A DNA stretch of 59,131 nt, filler included, from Nemertoderma westbladi (GCA_032718475.1; 3 parts of 3 records of this genome joined end to end with filler, not necessarily neighbours in it), one strand, 5' to 3'; counted from the whole stretch's first letter, positions 21,201-32,489 are shown. The notes: generated by a model from the sequence alone, not told the origin. Translations and numbers: made by a program.

Positions 21201-24200
21201 TTAGTCTACCTCTACGACGGATTCGATGGCTCGTTGACCTCCAGTCGCAGCGGCGTTACTCGTCTGCGTATCCCCAAGGACGACTGCGCTCTACTGTCCA
21301 ACACACAGTGCGGTTGTAATTATAGGGAAGACCCGCAGTGTTTGTGGGGTTGTACCCATTGTGTTAGAGACTCTAAATCTTACTGCTATTCAACTGGAAG
21401 TCATGGTCACAAAGATTGCCCGGGCTACCCCCCACCGCCCAGTAATGTGCCTGTGGAGCAAATAGAAACTCCAACCCTAATGCAAGTAATGCCCTGCAAC
21501 AATCGCACGTCCTGCAGTGAATGTGTTTATAGAGCTGAAGATGAGTTCTTGTCTCCGCTTCCTTCTTGCTTTTGGTGTTCTAATTGTGAACATGGAATTT
21601 GTGTCAATAACACAAATCTATGTCCAACTGCATGTGTGATCCCTACTCCTAGACCGGTATCTACTGTGGACATGTGCGAGGAGCGTTTTTGCGATGCCAG
21701 CGACTGCCAACATTGTTGTGAATTGTCTTTGAACTTAAAAAAATATGAAGGGAGTAAAGCGTGTTATTGGACACGAGATATTGTGCACCAACCTTACCAA
21801 CAAGGCTCGGATTACCGCCATTATACATTGATAGATCGATCGGATGACTCGTTTGTACCGAGAATGTTTGACTGGGGTTGTTTTCAGACGAAGGTTAAGC
21901 AAAAGTTTCGCAGCATTAATTCAACCGTTGGGTATGAGTGTGAAAAGTTGGGCGATCAATGTGGGAGTACCTGCAGCTCTGCCGGCTCCAATTGTTTTGA
22001 TTGTTTGCGGGCGGGTTCTCTGGATTCAATGGAAGCCGCCATAGAGTTGTGGGACGAATGGAAACGTTTTCCAACCGGATGTGTCTACAGTTCCAACATG
22101 AATATGTGCTTGTCTGCCGCTGCCACTCAACTCAAGTGTCAGTTTGGGGAGTGTGGTGAATTGATAGAAAGTAGGTCAGCATGCCCGATTAACTGTACTG
22201 TTAGTAAGACTTGTACTCAGTGTATTTCGAACAAAGGGGCATGCGGTTGGTGCAGTTCGGCGAATGGTGATGGGAAAGGGAGTTGCCATGACATCACTCA
22301 TAAACAATGCCTGGGAAATACCTCTAATGGATTTCCGCAGTGGTCGAGGGAGAGATGTCCATTAGAGAATGAGTGTATGAACGGCCATGCTGTGTGCACG
22401 GTGAACCAGACATGTATAGACCAACTCGATGGCTATAGGTGTGAATGTTTGGAGACCCACAAGGATCCCTCGAACCCCAATGTGTGTCGCCTTCAATGTA
22501 GAGTGGAATGTGTGCATGGAGGCTGTCCCTTCGATGCCGATATATGCGTGTGCCATCCGGGATTCAGGGGTATTCACTGCAATGCATGCGCCGGTGGGTA
22601 TTTTAATGACTCTGATATAAAGTCTATGGATCCAAAGCAAACAAAGCCAAAGTTCGCATGTAAACCGTGCTCGGAAGGTTGCTTCGGTAATAGCGATAAA
22701 TGCAATTTCTCCTTTGGCTCTTTAAAATGTTCCGACTGCCAGCGGAACACAACAGGTGACAACTGCGAGTTGTGCGACGCTGATGGATACTATGAGGCCA
22801 ACGGATTCGACACGAAGGCGGGTTGTCGGTTGTGCGATTGCAACGGCCACGCTGATCCGGCGACCTGCACCTCGACGCGTCATAGCGTCAACAAAGAGTT
22901 CACCTGCGCGTGCGCGAACAACACCAAGAACCCCGGCTCGGTGAAAACAACGCCCCAATGCGACTCCAAGGATCAGGACTGCCTCGCGAGACTGCAGTGC
23001 TCCTGGTGCACCAACCGGGAGCTATTCATGGGCAACCCTGTCAATGGGAGACAGTGCTACCGGAAGCTGCACGTCCAACGTAGTTTCTGCATGAATCCAA
23101 TTAGTCAGGACAACTGCGAGAGCGAGACCGAGGGAGATAATTACATCAAGCCGGGAGGCGCCGCATTTTTTGTTATTAAACCGGATTTCAACAACGTCGA
23201 TATTAGATTTACTCTGGAAGTTTCCAGTGGCGTTGTGGACGTCTTTATGTCCTTCAAGGATTCTAGTTTTATCGTTAACTACAATCGCACGATCGGCTCC
23301 AATGAGGTCATTATCGACGAGGAGTATATCACTACGGTTCCGTTCGAGCCTTTGATCGAGTTCCCCTCGCCCGAGCTCGATGGACCCAGAGGTCGCGGCT
23401 TCGGCAGTAAGTACGACTACCCCGTGGATACCTTCTCGAAACCCCCGGAGCCGATCCCCAACACGGACAGCAAAGAGACCCGGTCCACGAACCTGCCGTA
23501 CCAGACTCCATCTTCTTCTAAACGCAAAGTGAAAGACTCCTCGAACGGCCGTAATCCGGGGACAACCGGGACGGTACCGCTTCGCAACCAGACAGAAATT
23601 GTCGTTCTCAAACAGTTCCAAGTCCTCGGCAGCGAGCACTACGTCGTTGCCAACCACAGCCGGATGGTGATTGCGGCTCACGGGGTCCGTGGACGACTGG
23701 TAGTAACCTACCCCAGAGTCCACCACCTCCTTGCCGTCGCCAAGTTCTACGTGGCCATCCTTAACACCGGCGAGAAAGACGCCACAGGCATCATGTTTTT
23801 CCGACAGGATCAAACTCACATCGATTTATTCGTGTTTTTTTCTGTTTTCTTCTCGTGCTTTATACTCTTTGTCGCGATTTGCGTTATCATGTGGAAAATA
23901 AAAAACTTGCTTGATAGTCGCCGGGAGGTTCGACAACGTCACATCGAGATGGTGGAGATGGCGAGTCGTCCGAAAGCCTCGGTGCTCGTCTACTTCTCGG
24001 GCGAGTTGACGGCGTACTCTGTGCGACTAAAGGCGAGCGGCTCGCGACCGGTCGCCGGACACGACGCGCTCAGTGTGGGCGCGGTCGCGCGGGAATGTCT
24101 CGCGGCCGAGTGCCAGGCCGCGGTGGCCACCTTCGTGGTCCATCTCCCGGGCGGCCCCTCCGCGCCGACCAACTGCTGCCTCGGATCCGCTCTCGTTCAG

Positions 24201-24323
24201 TCCCGATCCGCGATCTGCGGCGGCCCTCGGGGGGCAGGTGCCGCTGTATCCGAGGAGTCGGCAGCAGAGAACGGGGGTCGAACTCGCGTCCGGTTGGAGA
24301 GAAGGTCAAGTATTACTGTGTGA
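18231..24323 (+). CDS. MEGF8: MEGF8 terminal coding exon (~2030 aa): PSI, EGF/laminin-EGF, CUB, second Kelch set, PSI, EGFs, TM, cytoplasmic tail
   Basis: Acceptor tttatttcAG at 18230, in frame with the 1963-aa ORF. Contains SCLGCLADMGCAW, CPLENEC, FFRQDQTHIDLFVFFSVFFSCF and the MASRP motif; stop TGA at 24321-24323. Confidence 0.96.
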   Translation: MNVEEYNHNNIIEWDDSRVIGLIWSYGTPHHSETTPVPIDSRFLRPWRSPDAVACRAHRSCLGCLADMGCAWRSDRVCIYLADTAVPDNPELSESVDPDGCPRCADHHECGSCVRDSDCQWSRAGCQRRGIVSESGAVTQLSSCPEPCDLRTSCSSCTAPDPTSPPDCLWCPDTNSCLTFSTFLVALSFGRCRSWVASPHPCPSCRDTDVCPGCLSRPGCGWYQRPGSDSGCCAEGGFTGPHRDGGCSEVADSPDRGWWMYESCGCRQRCVHGTCSGYPRFECLCDLGWYGVSCDKDCMCNYQSDCDGEGNCLECRNHTMGARCESCVEGYWGNNLHSGGGCPESCDCGILGDCHEITGQCQCTKGSHGNKCLECGPGYYGDAVNGRCYRQCSDAVTTFIEREGSFGILSNNSTQRIHCAWILDFTRDHELINHNDKVSRYSPTVVLTIEEIAVECGKQAVMVYDGLPAKHFGGQATPSSSLIAALCGNTTKGTKPRTLQSSQGIISVIYQAYIGRQIEDDVDDSNIDHIDDLLYNPKLDNVNLKAQKGTITDKVKHDDVGSKVDGRVGNEEVVNTAFINTSGFNATYQVFGCNSNCDHPNRSCSLLACPDPPCPLVCGCRPGYTGPDCTQRVCPVECQSCNATSQGCICDAMHYGNGCQYIDDSREYDVWDSTVTVESLGNGKMGTNPRHTGATIVAKNATHLLLYGGFIPDGQFPNNIYEFDTRAQTWSKLAPKAAPTGRYRHAIVYIKTSLQQSLYVYGGISQHGAFSNSFWRCCKNDPRSYSALATGAAWEYLGTGPSKFPDGLAGHTLTPFIDPRVGNTKLLLIGGYSSISGFNKDIYELQVKPHYHDGLKWTLITSNTKDVNPAGIHGHTTVYNSGVFYIFGGYLYKKGRLSLTNRMFAFDYSRRKWQNIPVLQRVPPIVFHSTVLIGQLMVSLCGRTDEEDFTNLMITFHLKTYRWQVRRIVGVRPQISGSAVYLGDRSEHVALVYLYDGFDGSLTSSRSGVTRLRIPKDDCALLSNTQCGCNYREDPQCLWGCTHCVRDSKSYCYSTGSHGHKDCPGYPPPPSNVPVEQIETPTLMQVMPCNNRTSCSECVYRAEDEFLSPLPSCFWCSNCEHGICVNNTNLCPTACVIPTPRPVSTVDMCEERFCDASDCQHCCELSLNLKKYEGSKACYWTRDIVHQPYQQGSDYRHYTLIDRSDDSFVPRMFDWGCFQTKVKQKFRSINSTVGYECEKLGDQCGSTCSSAGSNCFDCLRAGSLDSMEAAIELWDEWKRFPTGCVYSSNMNMCLSAAATQLKCQFGECGELIESRSACPINCTVSKTCTQCISNKGACGWCSSANGDGKGSCHDITHKQCLGNTSNGFPQWSRERCPLENECMNGHAVCTVNQTCIDQLDGYRCECLETHKDPSNPNVCRLQCRVECVHGGCPFDADICVCHPGFRGIHCNACAGGYFNDSDIKSMDPKQTKPKFACKPCSEGCFGNSDKCNFSFGSLKCSDCQRNTTGDNCELCDADGYYEANGFDTKAGCRLCDCNGHADPATCTSTRHSVNKEFTCACANNTKNPGSVKTTPQCDSKDQDCLARLQCSWCTNRELFMGNPVNGRQCYRKLHVQRSFCMNPISQDNCESETEGDNYIKPGGAAFFVIKPDFNNVDIRFTLEVSSGVVDVFMSFKDSSFIVNYNRTIGSNEVIIDEEYITTVPFEPLIEFPSPELDGPRGRGFGSKYDYPVDTFSKPPEPIPNTDSKETRSTNLPYQTPSSSKRKVKDSSNGRNPGTTGTVPLRNQTEIVVLKQFQVLGSEHYVVANHSRMVIAAHGVRGRLVVTYPRVHHLLAVAKFYVAILNTGEKDATGIMFFRQDQTHIDLFVFFSVFFSCFILFVAICVIMWKIKNLLDSRREVRQRHIEMVEMASRPKASVLVYFSGELTAYSVRLKASGSRPVAGHDALSVGAVARECLAAECQAAVATFVVHLPGGPSAPTNCCLGSALVQSRSAICGGPRGAGAAVSEESAAENGGRTRVRLERRSSITV

Positions 24324-24959
24324 GTCGATTCGAGCTGCGGTGTGAGTCGATTCGTGCTGCGGCTTTGTGCTGGTATTAAACCTCCGCGACAATTTCTGTG
24401 CAATATTAAATACTTGTATTACTATATTAATTTGCTGCTATTGCCTTGTCTCTTTCGCATTTATTAAGTATTTTTTTTCCTCATCATTGTACGCGATTAT
24501 TTAGTCATGTTCAGGTTGTAATCCGAATGAAATTGGTCAAAATTGAGTTGCCGCGATAGAAAATTAAATTTCATTGATACAACATGTGTCATTAGCATTT
24601 ATCACTTTTCAGCACAAATCGGTGTAAAAGTAAGAGAAGAGTGATTTACTTAGTGTAATTCTGTAATTATTGTTGACGCACACAGTGACGTACGTAATTT
24701 TGATTATATTAAACATTTATAAAAGTAACCCAACGTTTTGACGATGTGAAGAAAAAAGTGCAACATTTCAACCCACATTATTCTATACAGTAACTTTTTA
24801 ACACTATTGTCTTCTGTGTCTCTATCGGTACCGGTGAGATGAAACACTATTTTTCAATAATGTCAAAACATAAGAAATACTTGCACAAAAATTATTTATA
24901 ATGTTGTCATTTTTAACTTTTTGCACTAATTTTTACAACTTTATTCGCGACATTTTATT

Positions 24960-25200
24960 CGGTATAGTATATATACATAGTATATAGTATATACATAGTA
25001 TATATATATAGTATATAGTATATACATAGTATATATATATAGTATATAGTATATACATAGTATATATATATAGTATATAGTATATACATAGTATATATAT
25101 ATAGTATATATGTATAGTATATAATATACATAGTATATATATTAGTATATATGTATAGTATATAGGATATACATAGTATATATAGTATATAATAGTATAT
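24960..25200. repeat. TA-rich simple repeat (tagtatatatacatag-type)
   Basis: Directly visible. Confidence 0.85.
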
Positions 25201-25432
25201 ACAATGTTTCATGTTACATAAATTCATTAAGAGTTATAGATTAGAATTATAAGACTTTAGCAAAAACAGCGATATAAGAGTTTAAAGAATGTTAATGATG
25301 GTGCCTATTTGTTATAATTAATATTATTTCATATTCATTTGTATTGTTAACAGCTATATAATAGTTATAATTATACCTATAATTTATTTTATGTATAAAT
25401 CATTACTTATTGCTTTGGTTATTATTATTTTA

Positions 25433-25840
25433 TTTTGTTACATTTTATCAACTTATCAGCTTTCTGGTGATATCCTAAATCCTCGTACTGCGGCAAAATA
25501 ATTACTGTACTAACTAACTATATATATACAGTACTAGGTTATTTACCGTGCTGTTGTTACAGTAACTGCTGTTAATTACATAAAAAAGATATTAATTTCA
25601 TTAATATTCCTAAACATTACAATATTAAAGGTAATATTTAAAGCGTTCAGAAAGCTGATAAAGTTTATATAATGTTTCAAAATTCCCTACATAATTGTGT
25701 GAAAAAAAGGCCACGATTTAGCGATTTTGCTGCCCTTGAGATTATTTTTGTAAACCTCCCTCGCTGCGCTCGTTCGGTACATAAATGCACTCGGGTCATA
25801 ACGATGAAAAGTTATCCTGTTCACACAATTATGTAGTTAT
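25433..25840. mobile_element. Interspersed element with two inverted-repeat pairs (copy 2, reverse orientation)
   Basis: CCTCCCTCGCTGCGCTCGTTCGGTACATAAAT is the reverse complement of ~16276-16308, and both IR pairs are recognisable. Confidence 0.65.
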
Positions 25841-26994
25841 TGTTAGGCCATATTTTATGCGTCAAATAGGTAACATTCAGTGTCATTACTAATATTGAAT
25901 TTAATTAGAAAACCATATAATGTTATATAACAAGGTGAACTACTATAGCAGAACACACGAAACATCCAAAACACGTACATACACCATAACAGACACCAAT
26001 ACGCACACCCCCGTATGGTGGTATGCTTATTATATAAACAGACATACTGTACGTGTACATACAAAAGGGCTTACATACAAACATATCTTATTAAGTGATA
26101 TACCTATAATGGTTGTTTGATTTAAGTTTTGATTTAAGTAGCAGCTTAGTGTTTCTATCTATTCTATAGCAGCAAGAACTTAATAATATGTAGTGGGCCA
26201 GTTTGTTTTTTTGTATTTTGTCTATTTGCAGTCATGTTGAGTTCAAGACGTTTGTTTTATGTACAATTTTGCTATATTTTGGATTGACTTTTGTATCAGT
26301 ATATTATCATATGTATATACTATGTTTATTGTTGTAACTTATTCTCCTCCGAAGGATAAGTTAACGTTTTGCATTATTCTGCATAATTTATATAATTGTG
26401 GAGCGGGGGGCAGTAGTTTTTCATGAGTATGTCACTATAACACAGCGATTAAAAATAATTATTATTTTGTTTATGGGGTAACGGGTAACCTACGCTGGTA
26501 CTTTATCAGGGTGTGCCACTTCATCTACATACACAGTATTTTCAATTATCTATAACTACAATGTATTAGTAAGTAACTATAATTAATAACTGGTGCACAA
26601 TAATTATTTCTACAATTTTCTCTAATAATCTGAATCATTTTTGAGGTTTTCTTTATTGTTACTTTATTCTTACGAGGTTTTTTTCTCCCGCATACTCTAC
26701 GTACAAGGACAGTATAGGCCTACAGCCAAACAATGGAAATATTGTTTTAATAAACAGTGGCACTAAACTTTACTACCACACCCTCACCGCATGTTTTTGT
26801 TACGATTATGTTGTAATTGTTAATTACGTAAGAATTTTCGTTTTAATTGTTATGCTAATTGCTAAAGTTAATGAAGGTCTCAAATGAAACGTTTATATCG
26901 ATAAGAAAGCCTGCTTATTTTTTATAATTACATTAATAAGGATGGTGGGGAGGGGGGGGGGGGGGGGGGGGTTAACACGAATAATTATACTGTA

Positions 26995-28415
26995 ATCGGC
27001 CTGCTGCATGGAAACTGCACATTGAGATGCTATACCGGCTTTACAAAAACATTTTGTCACCACCATGCAATCCACAATTGGCAAGCCCAATGCAGCGTGC
27101 ATTAAGAATGTTATGCCGGCTTTTCAACAAAGTTGAATCGCCCCAACTCCTTATTCCACTTGACTTTCGCGAGATTATACGCATCTTCAAGGCTATAGTC
27201 ATTTAAGGTGCGTCTCACAAGAGTCATGGGCTTTCCACCATGCTTATTTTCTCCATGGGGCTGCCAAAGCACAAGATTGTGCACAGGCTGGTCCTCACGG
27301 CGAAAACAATGTCCTGCAAAGCGGGGGCGGCTTTGTTCTAGTGTCAAGCATGGGGGAACCAATAAGACACCTCCAATGTTATATAGTGTCTTGTTGGAGA
27401 AGTGTGCATTGTACNNNNNNNNNNNNNNNNNNNNNNNNNNNNNNNNNNNNNNNNNNNNTTAATTAATTAANNNNNNNNNNNNNNNNNNNNNNNNNNNNNN
27501 NNNNNNNNNNNNNNCAACAATTATGAACAAGAATGGTGCAAGTGTGTCTCCCTGGAGGACGCCCCATAACACTTCAAATGGTTCTGTGTCACCGTCAACA
27601 GTAGACACAAATGTTGTCAAACCATCGTATACTGATCTGATTGCTGCAATAATTTCATCAGGAATTCCATATAATGAAAGTATGCTGAACATACGTGAGC
27701 GAGAGACTGAATCAAAGGCCTTGAAGAAGTCAACAAAGATAACAGCCAGATGCCTGTCTTTCTTTTTTGATAACTCTTCAATTATCCTTCTAAGTGCCAA
27801 AATGGGCTCCATGGTCCCACGACCTTTACGGAACCCATTCTGATTTCCACGGAGCAGTCTGTCAATGGGATCCCTGATGCGATTTAATAGAATTCTATTT
27901 TATAGCTTTGCAGCAATCGCGATCAATGAGATTCCCCGAAAAGAACCATAGAGTGTTAGGTTGCCCTTCTTAGGAACTGGCACCAACTTATTTGTTTTCA
28001 TTTCTTATGGGACTCTTGTTGTACGGTACATGTCTACTATGATGGGATTGATGAGCTTTAAACACTCAGGTATTTTAAAGACCTCAGGGGGAACACCATC
28101 TACTCCACTGGCACGATTGGTCTTAATGCTCTTTGCAGCAGCCTTCACTTCTGCAAATGAGATATCACCATGGGAATATCTGGGAGTACAGACTCAGACA
28201 CTTTTACTTCTATAAAGTTATCAGGCAATACCCTGTCATTATTGAGGAGCTTTTCAAAGTGGGCCTTCCAACCATTGAGGCGATCGGCTGGTGATTCAGC
28301 CTTTACCTTGGTGGTTGGTTGGCTTTTTCGACCAGCAAGCAAGTTGATCGATCTCCATACCTGGGATGATTCCCTGCTGTCGTCAGCATCATTGATAGCA
28401 TCAACCATATTCAGG
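26995..28415 (-). mobile_element. Decayed RTE-clade LINE (RT domain and 3' end), spans a gap
   Basis: FVDFFKAFDSVSR, GVLQGDTLAPFLF, QNGFRKGR, RFAGHCFRR..LVLWQP; frameshifted. Confidence 0.9.
27415..27514. other. Assembly gap with TTAATTAATTAA linker
   Basis: N44-TTAATTAATTAA-N44. Confidence 0.97.
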
Positions 28416-28419
28416 ATAT

Positions 28420-28820
28420 GGCTGGAGATGTTTCATTGGTGCACCAAGCTTGACACTAAAACAGAGAAGCATCCACTTCGTATTGTTTCCCATTGAGGCG
28501 ATCGGCTGGTGATTCAGCCTTTACCTTGGTGGTTGGTTGGCTTTTTCGACCAGCAATCAAGTTGATCGATCTCCATACCTGGGATGATTGCCTGCTGTCG
28601 TCAGCATCATTGATAGCATCAACCATATTCAGGATATGGCTGGAGATGTTTCATTGGTGCACCAAGCTTGACACTAAAACAGAGAAGCATCCACTTCGTA
28701 TTGTTTTCACAATGCTTTCGCAGTGAATACCTCTTGAAGATGTAGATATTCTCACGAAAATCATGGGGGATTGGGAGTTTTGGCGGCGCAATTTTGTCGA
28801 TTAAGAGGCATTCTTAATAA
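28420..28820 (+). mobile_element. Deleted RTE 3'-end fragment in opposite orientation, with a local ~219-bp tandem duplication of the junction
   Basis: CCAAGCTTGACACTA... and CTTGAAGATG...GGCGGCGCAATTTTGTCGAT...GCATTCTTAA match 52239-52490. The stretch 28272-28490 is repeated at 28491-28709. Confidence 0.7.
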
Positions 28821-28969
28821 TATAGCTACACTAAAACATGCGATTATATATATGTAGACTTTCTTTAAGACATGATATTTTCATTGGAATATTCCTGTAC
28901 AAATAATTTGTCAATGAACAAAGTTCAGCAAATTGAATGGGTGAATCTTTTAGGCTCTTTAAGCCAATG

Positions 28970-30427
28970 AATGATCTTCCACAGTAAACCCTTCCACTCT
29001 GATTCCTAAATGAATGCCTGTTCACCACCATGGGTGATCTTCCACAGTAAACCCTTCCACTCTGTTTCCTAAAGGAATGCCAGTTCACCACCATGGGTGA
29101 TCTTCCACAGTAAACCCTTCCACTCTGTTTCCTAAAGGAATGCCTGTTCAACACCCTGGGTGATCTTCCACAGTAAACCCTTCCACTCTGTTTCCTAAAG
29201 GAATGCCTGTTCAACACCCTGGGTGATCTTCCACAGTAAACCCTGCCACTCTGTTTCCTAAAGGAATGCCAGTTCACCACCATGGGTGATCTTCCACAGT
29301 AAACCCTTCCACTCTGTTTCCTAAAGGAATGCCAGTTCACCACCATGGGTGATCTTCCACAGTAAACCCTTCCACTCTGTGTTATAAAGGAATGCCTGTT
29401 CACAACCAATTGGTGATCTTCCACAGTAAACCCTCCCACTCTGTTTCCTAAAAGAATGCCTGTTCACCACAATGGGTGATCATCCACAGTAAACCCTGAC
29501 ACTCTGTCCCCTAAAGGAATGCCTGTTCACCACCATGAGTGATCTTCCACAGTAATCCCTTCCACTCTGTTTCCTAAAGGAATACCTTTCCACCACCATG
29601 GGTGATCTTCCACAGTAAACCCGTCCACTCTGTTTCCTAAAGGAATGCATGATCACCACCATGGGTGATCTTCCATAGTAAACCCTTCCACTCTGTGTTA
29701 TAAAGGAATGCCTGTTCACAACCAATTGGTGATCTTCCACAGTAAACCCTGCCACTCTGTTTCCTAAAGGAATGTCTTGTCTGTTCACCACCATGGGTGA
29801 TCTTCCACAGTAAACCCTGCCACTCTGTTTCCTAAAGGAATGCCTGTTCACCACCATGAGTGATCTTCCACAGTAAACCCTTCCACTTTCTTTCCTAAAT
29901 GAATGCCTGTCCACCACCATGGGTGATCTTCCACAGTAAACCCGTCCACTCTGTTTCCTAAAGGAATGCCTGTTCACCACCATGGGTGATCTTCCACAGG
30001 AAACCCTTCCACTCTGTGTTATAAAGGAATGCCCTTTCACAACCAATTGGTGATCTTCCACAGTAAACCCTTCCACTCTGTTTCCTAAAGGAATGCCTGT
30101 TCACCACCATCTGTTATATTCCACAGTAAACCCTTCCACTCTGTTTCATAAAGGAATTCTGTTCACCACCATGAGTGATCTTCCACAGTAAACCATTCCA
30201 CTCTATTTACTAAAGGAATGACTGTTCACCACCATGGGTGATCTTCCACAGTAAACCGCCGACACTATGTTTCCTAAAGGAATGCCTGTTCACCACCATG
30301 AGTGATCTTCCACAGTAAACCCTTCCACTTTGTTTCCTAAAGGAATGCCTGTCCACCACCATGGGTGATCTTCCACAGTAAACCCTTTCACTCTGTTTCC
30401 TAAAGGAATGCATGTTCACCACCATGG
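28970..30427. repeat. 63-bp minisatellite, ~23 copies
   Basis: Unit GGTGATCTTCCACAGTAAACCCTTCCACTCTGTTTCCTAAAGGAATGCCTGTTCACCACCATG; 21-aa periodicity in the spurious ORFs. Confidence 0.95.
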
Positions 30428-31732
30428 ATAATGGACACCTTATAGTTGTTCAATTACACAGATTCAGAATTTCACTTTCTCAGCATTGGACAATTTTAAA
30501 TAATATGCACTAAAGCAGTACCGGTACCAGTCAAACATCACTATTCATTGACATGGGTGCGAAAATGGCTTAAAATATTAGTCAAATAAACCATTAATAG
30601 AGATGCGTTATGAATAATACGTTGCAATTTGAGCTGCTGGTTTGAAGTGTCAGCTTTTCCATAGATAAGGATTGACTGAAGTCAGGGACCAAGGTAAAAA
30701 TCATTACAGCGTATCGCGGTTTAATTTAGAATGGAATAATTATGTAGGATAAGGGGTTGGGAGGGGTTAGCCAGCTGGCCGTTGCGGTTGGGTGAGTATG
30801 CACTAAAGCGTAATCATAGTTTTAGTGGAGATAGTCGCAAAATCTGTTTCAAGCTCCTGTGCTTCGTTACTTATTTGCGATAATCGGAGTGGATTGTTTC
30901 ATTGGAAAATCAGTTGATGTGAAGTTATATTTGGTAGGAATGTTTTACTGATGTGATCGATAGCTATTGTTTTTTATGTTTCAGTTTCATCCTGATATTG
31001 ATTGCGCATGCATCTCTGGTCCTAGCATTCCTAAATTAACTGCGACTTTATAAAAAATTTGAATTTCTCGGCTAATTTTTTTATGAATAAAACTAAACAA
31101 TTTTGTACCTGGCCTAGCCATTGTCGAAAAATAATTCTTTAAACTTTAACTTTTTGACCAAATTTAAAAAGCGTAGCGTTTACACTACATCAACATGCGT
31201 TAACATATGCATATGCTTTGTTTTACTGTTAACCAAAACAAAACGTCTTTCAGTCAAAACTTTTTACAACACAATCGCGTCAAACTTAGAATCTTTTATG
31301 TAGTGGCATATTGTTACTTCGAGTTGTTTTTTTACTCATTGACTGCAATGTGAGTTAACCCACTAGAGGGCTTCCTTACATTACATATTCCTTAAACGAC
31401 ATGGATTAGATAAGGATGCAGAAATGCCCCAGTATATAATGTCGTATAATCTGATCGATCGTCCGAAGTCCGATATTTGGGTTTAGGATACTGAAAGTAA
31501 GAAATTGGTGTGTAGACAGACTGTGTGAGCAGATGAAACCTGTAGATAGTGTCTAGTGAATACTCTTGTAAAGGGAAATGTACTCAAATGGAGTAAAACA
31601 GGATCCCGGCGGTATGCAGCAAACTTCACCCACGAGAAGGCAGAGCGCCCGCGTTCAATCTTCGCCTCAAAATGCGTGCTAACAACATCGTTTATTGTTT
31701 TGGTTTGAAAAGCCGTCTCTATAACCCCACAA

Positions 31733-31851
31733 TCGGGCGAAGATTGGATGCGGACGAAGGGTGGACGCGGGCGAAAGTTGGACGTGGGCGAAGGTTGGCT
31801 GCGGGCGAAGGTTGGACGCGGGTGAAGGTTGGTCGCGGGCGAATTCGGGCG
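31733..31851. repeat. ~17-bp GC-rich tandem repeat (CGGGCGAAGGTTGGACG), ~7 copies
   Basis: Directly visible and degenerate; probably part of a transposon end. Confidence 0.75.
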
Positions 31852-32489
31852 TCGATTGCACCCAACCATTATCACGGCAAAGCGGCGCAAAAAAGGACTC
31901 CAAATGGGTGGGACTGTTTACACAATAAAACATTTAGTTTGTGAAGATCTCTACATAGTATTTTAGTTATAGGAGTTATAGAATAACGTTTAGAAGGGGA
32001 GAACTGAAATCCACCTGATGATAACTTCAACTTCAACAGCTCAATTGAATTTCAAACTTTCTGATAGTATCCATCAAAAATGGCAGCGGAGATACATTTT
32101 ACGTGCAATACTTGTATCGGGAGGACTTTTATCAATCTCAATCATTAAATTACATTGCGTTTACGCATTTGATTACATATAAAGTAGACCTAGTAATATT
32201 TATGAAAAAACATATTTTTATAAACTAAATTATTCAAGAAAGGCTCTGGTTGCCAATTCCAGATAAATTTCTTTGTCTAGACTTGTTGTGTGGGAGTTTT
32301 AGTGTAAACCTAGGTGGTCTGCACAAGCATAATAGGCCTACTTTAAACGAATCCCAAACTAGATGTGTGGGCATCGTACTAAAAAAAGATTTGAAAGAAA
32401 CTGTTATTCATCATAGTGTGTTTAACTTCTACAAAGAGAAAAATAACCCCATTTCAGTGGGGGACTTTCGACAACAAAAGTCATCCCTC

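Noticed and set aside
27459-27470. TTAATTAATTAA palindrome inside N runs (also 47146-47157)
   Set aside because: An identical scaffolding linker in both 100-nt gaps; not biological.
28831-30425. ~200-aa ORFs with a 21-aa period
   Set aside because: Translation of a 63-bp minisatellite, broken by frameshifts and with no gene context.
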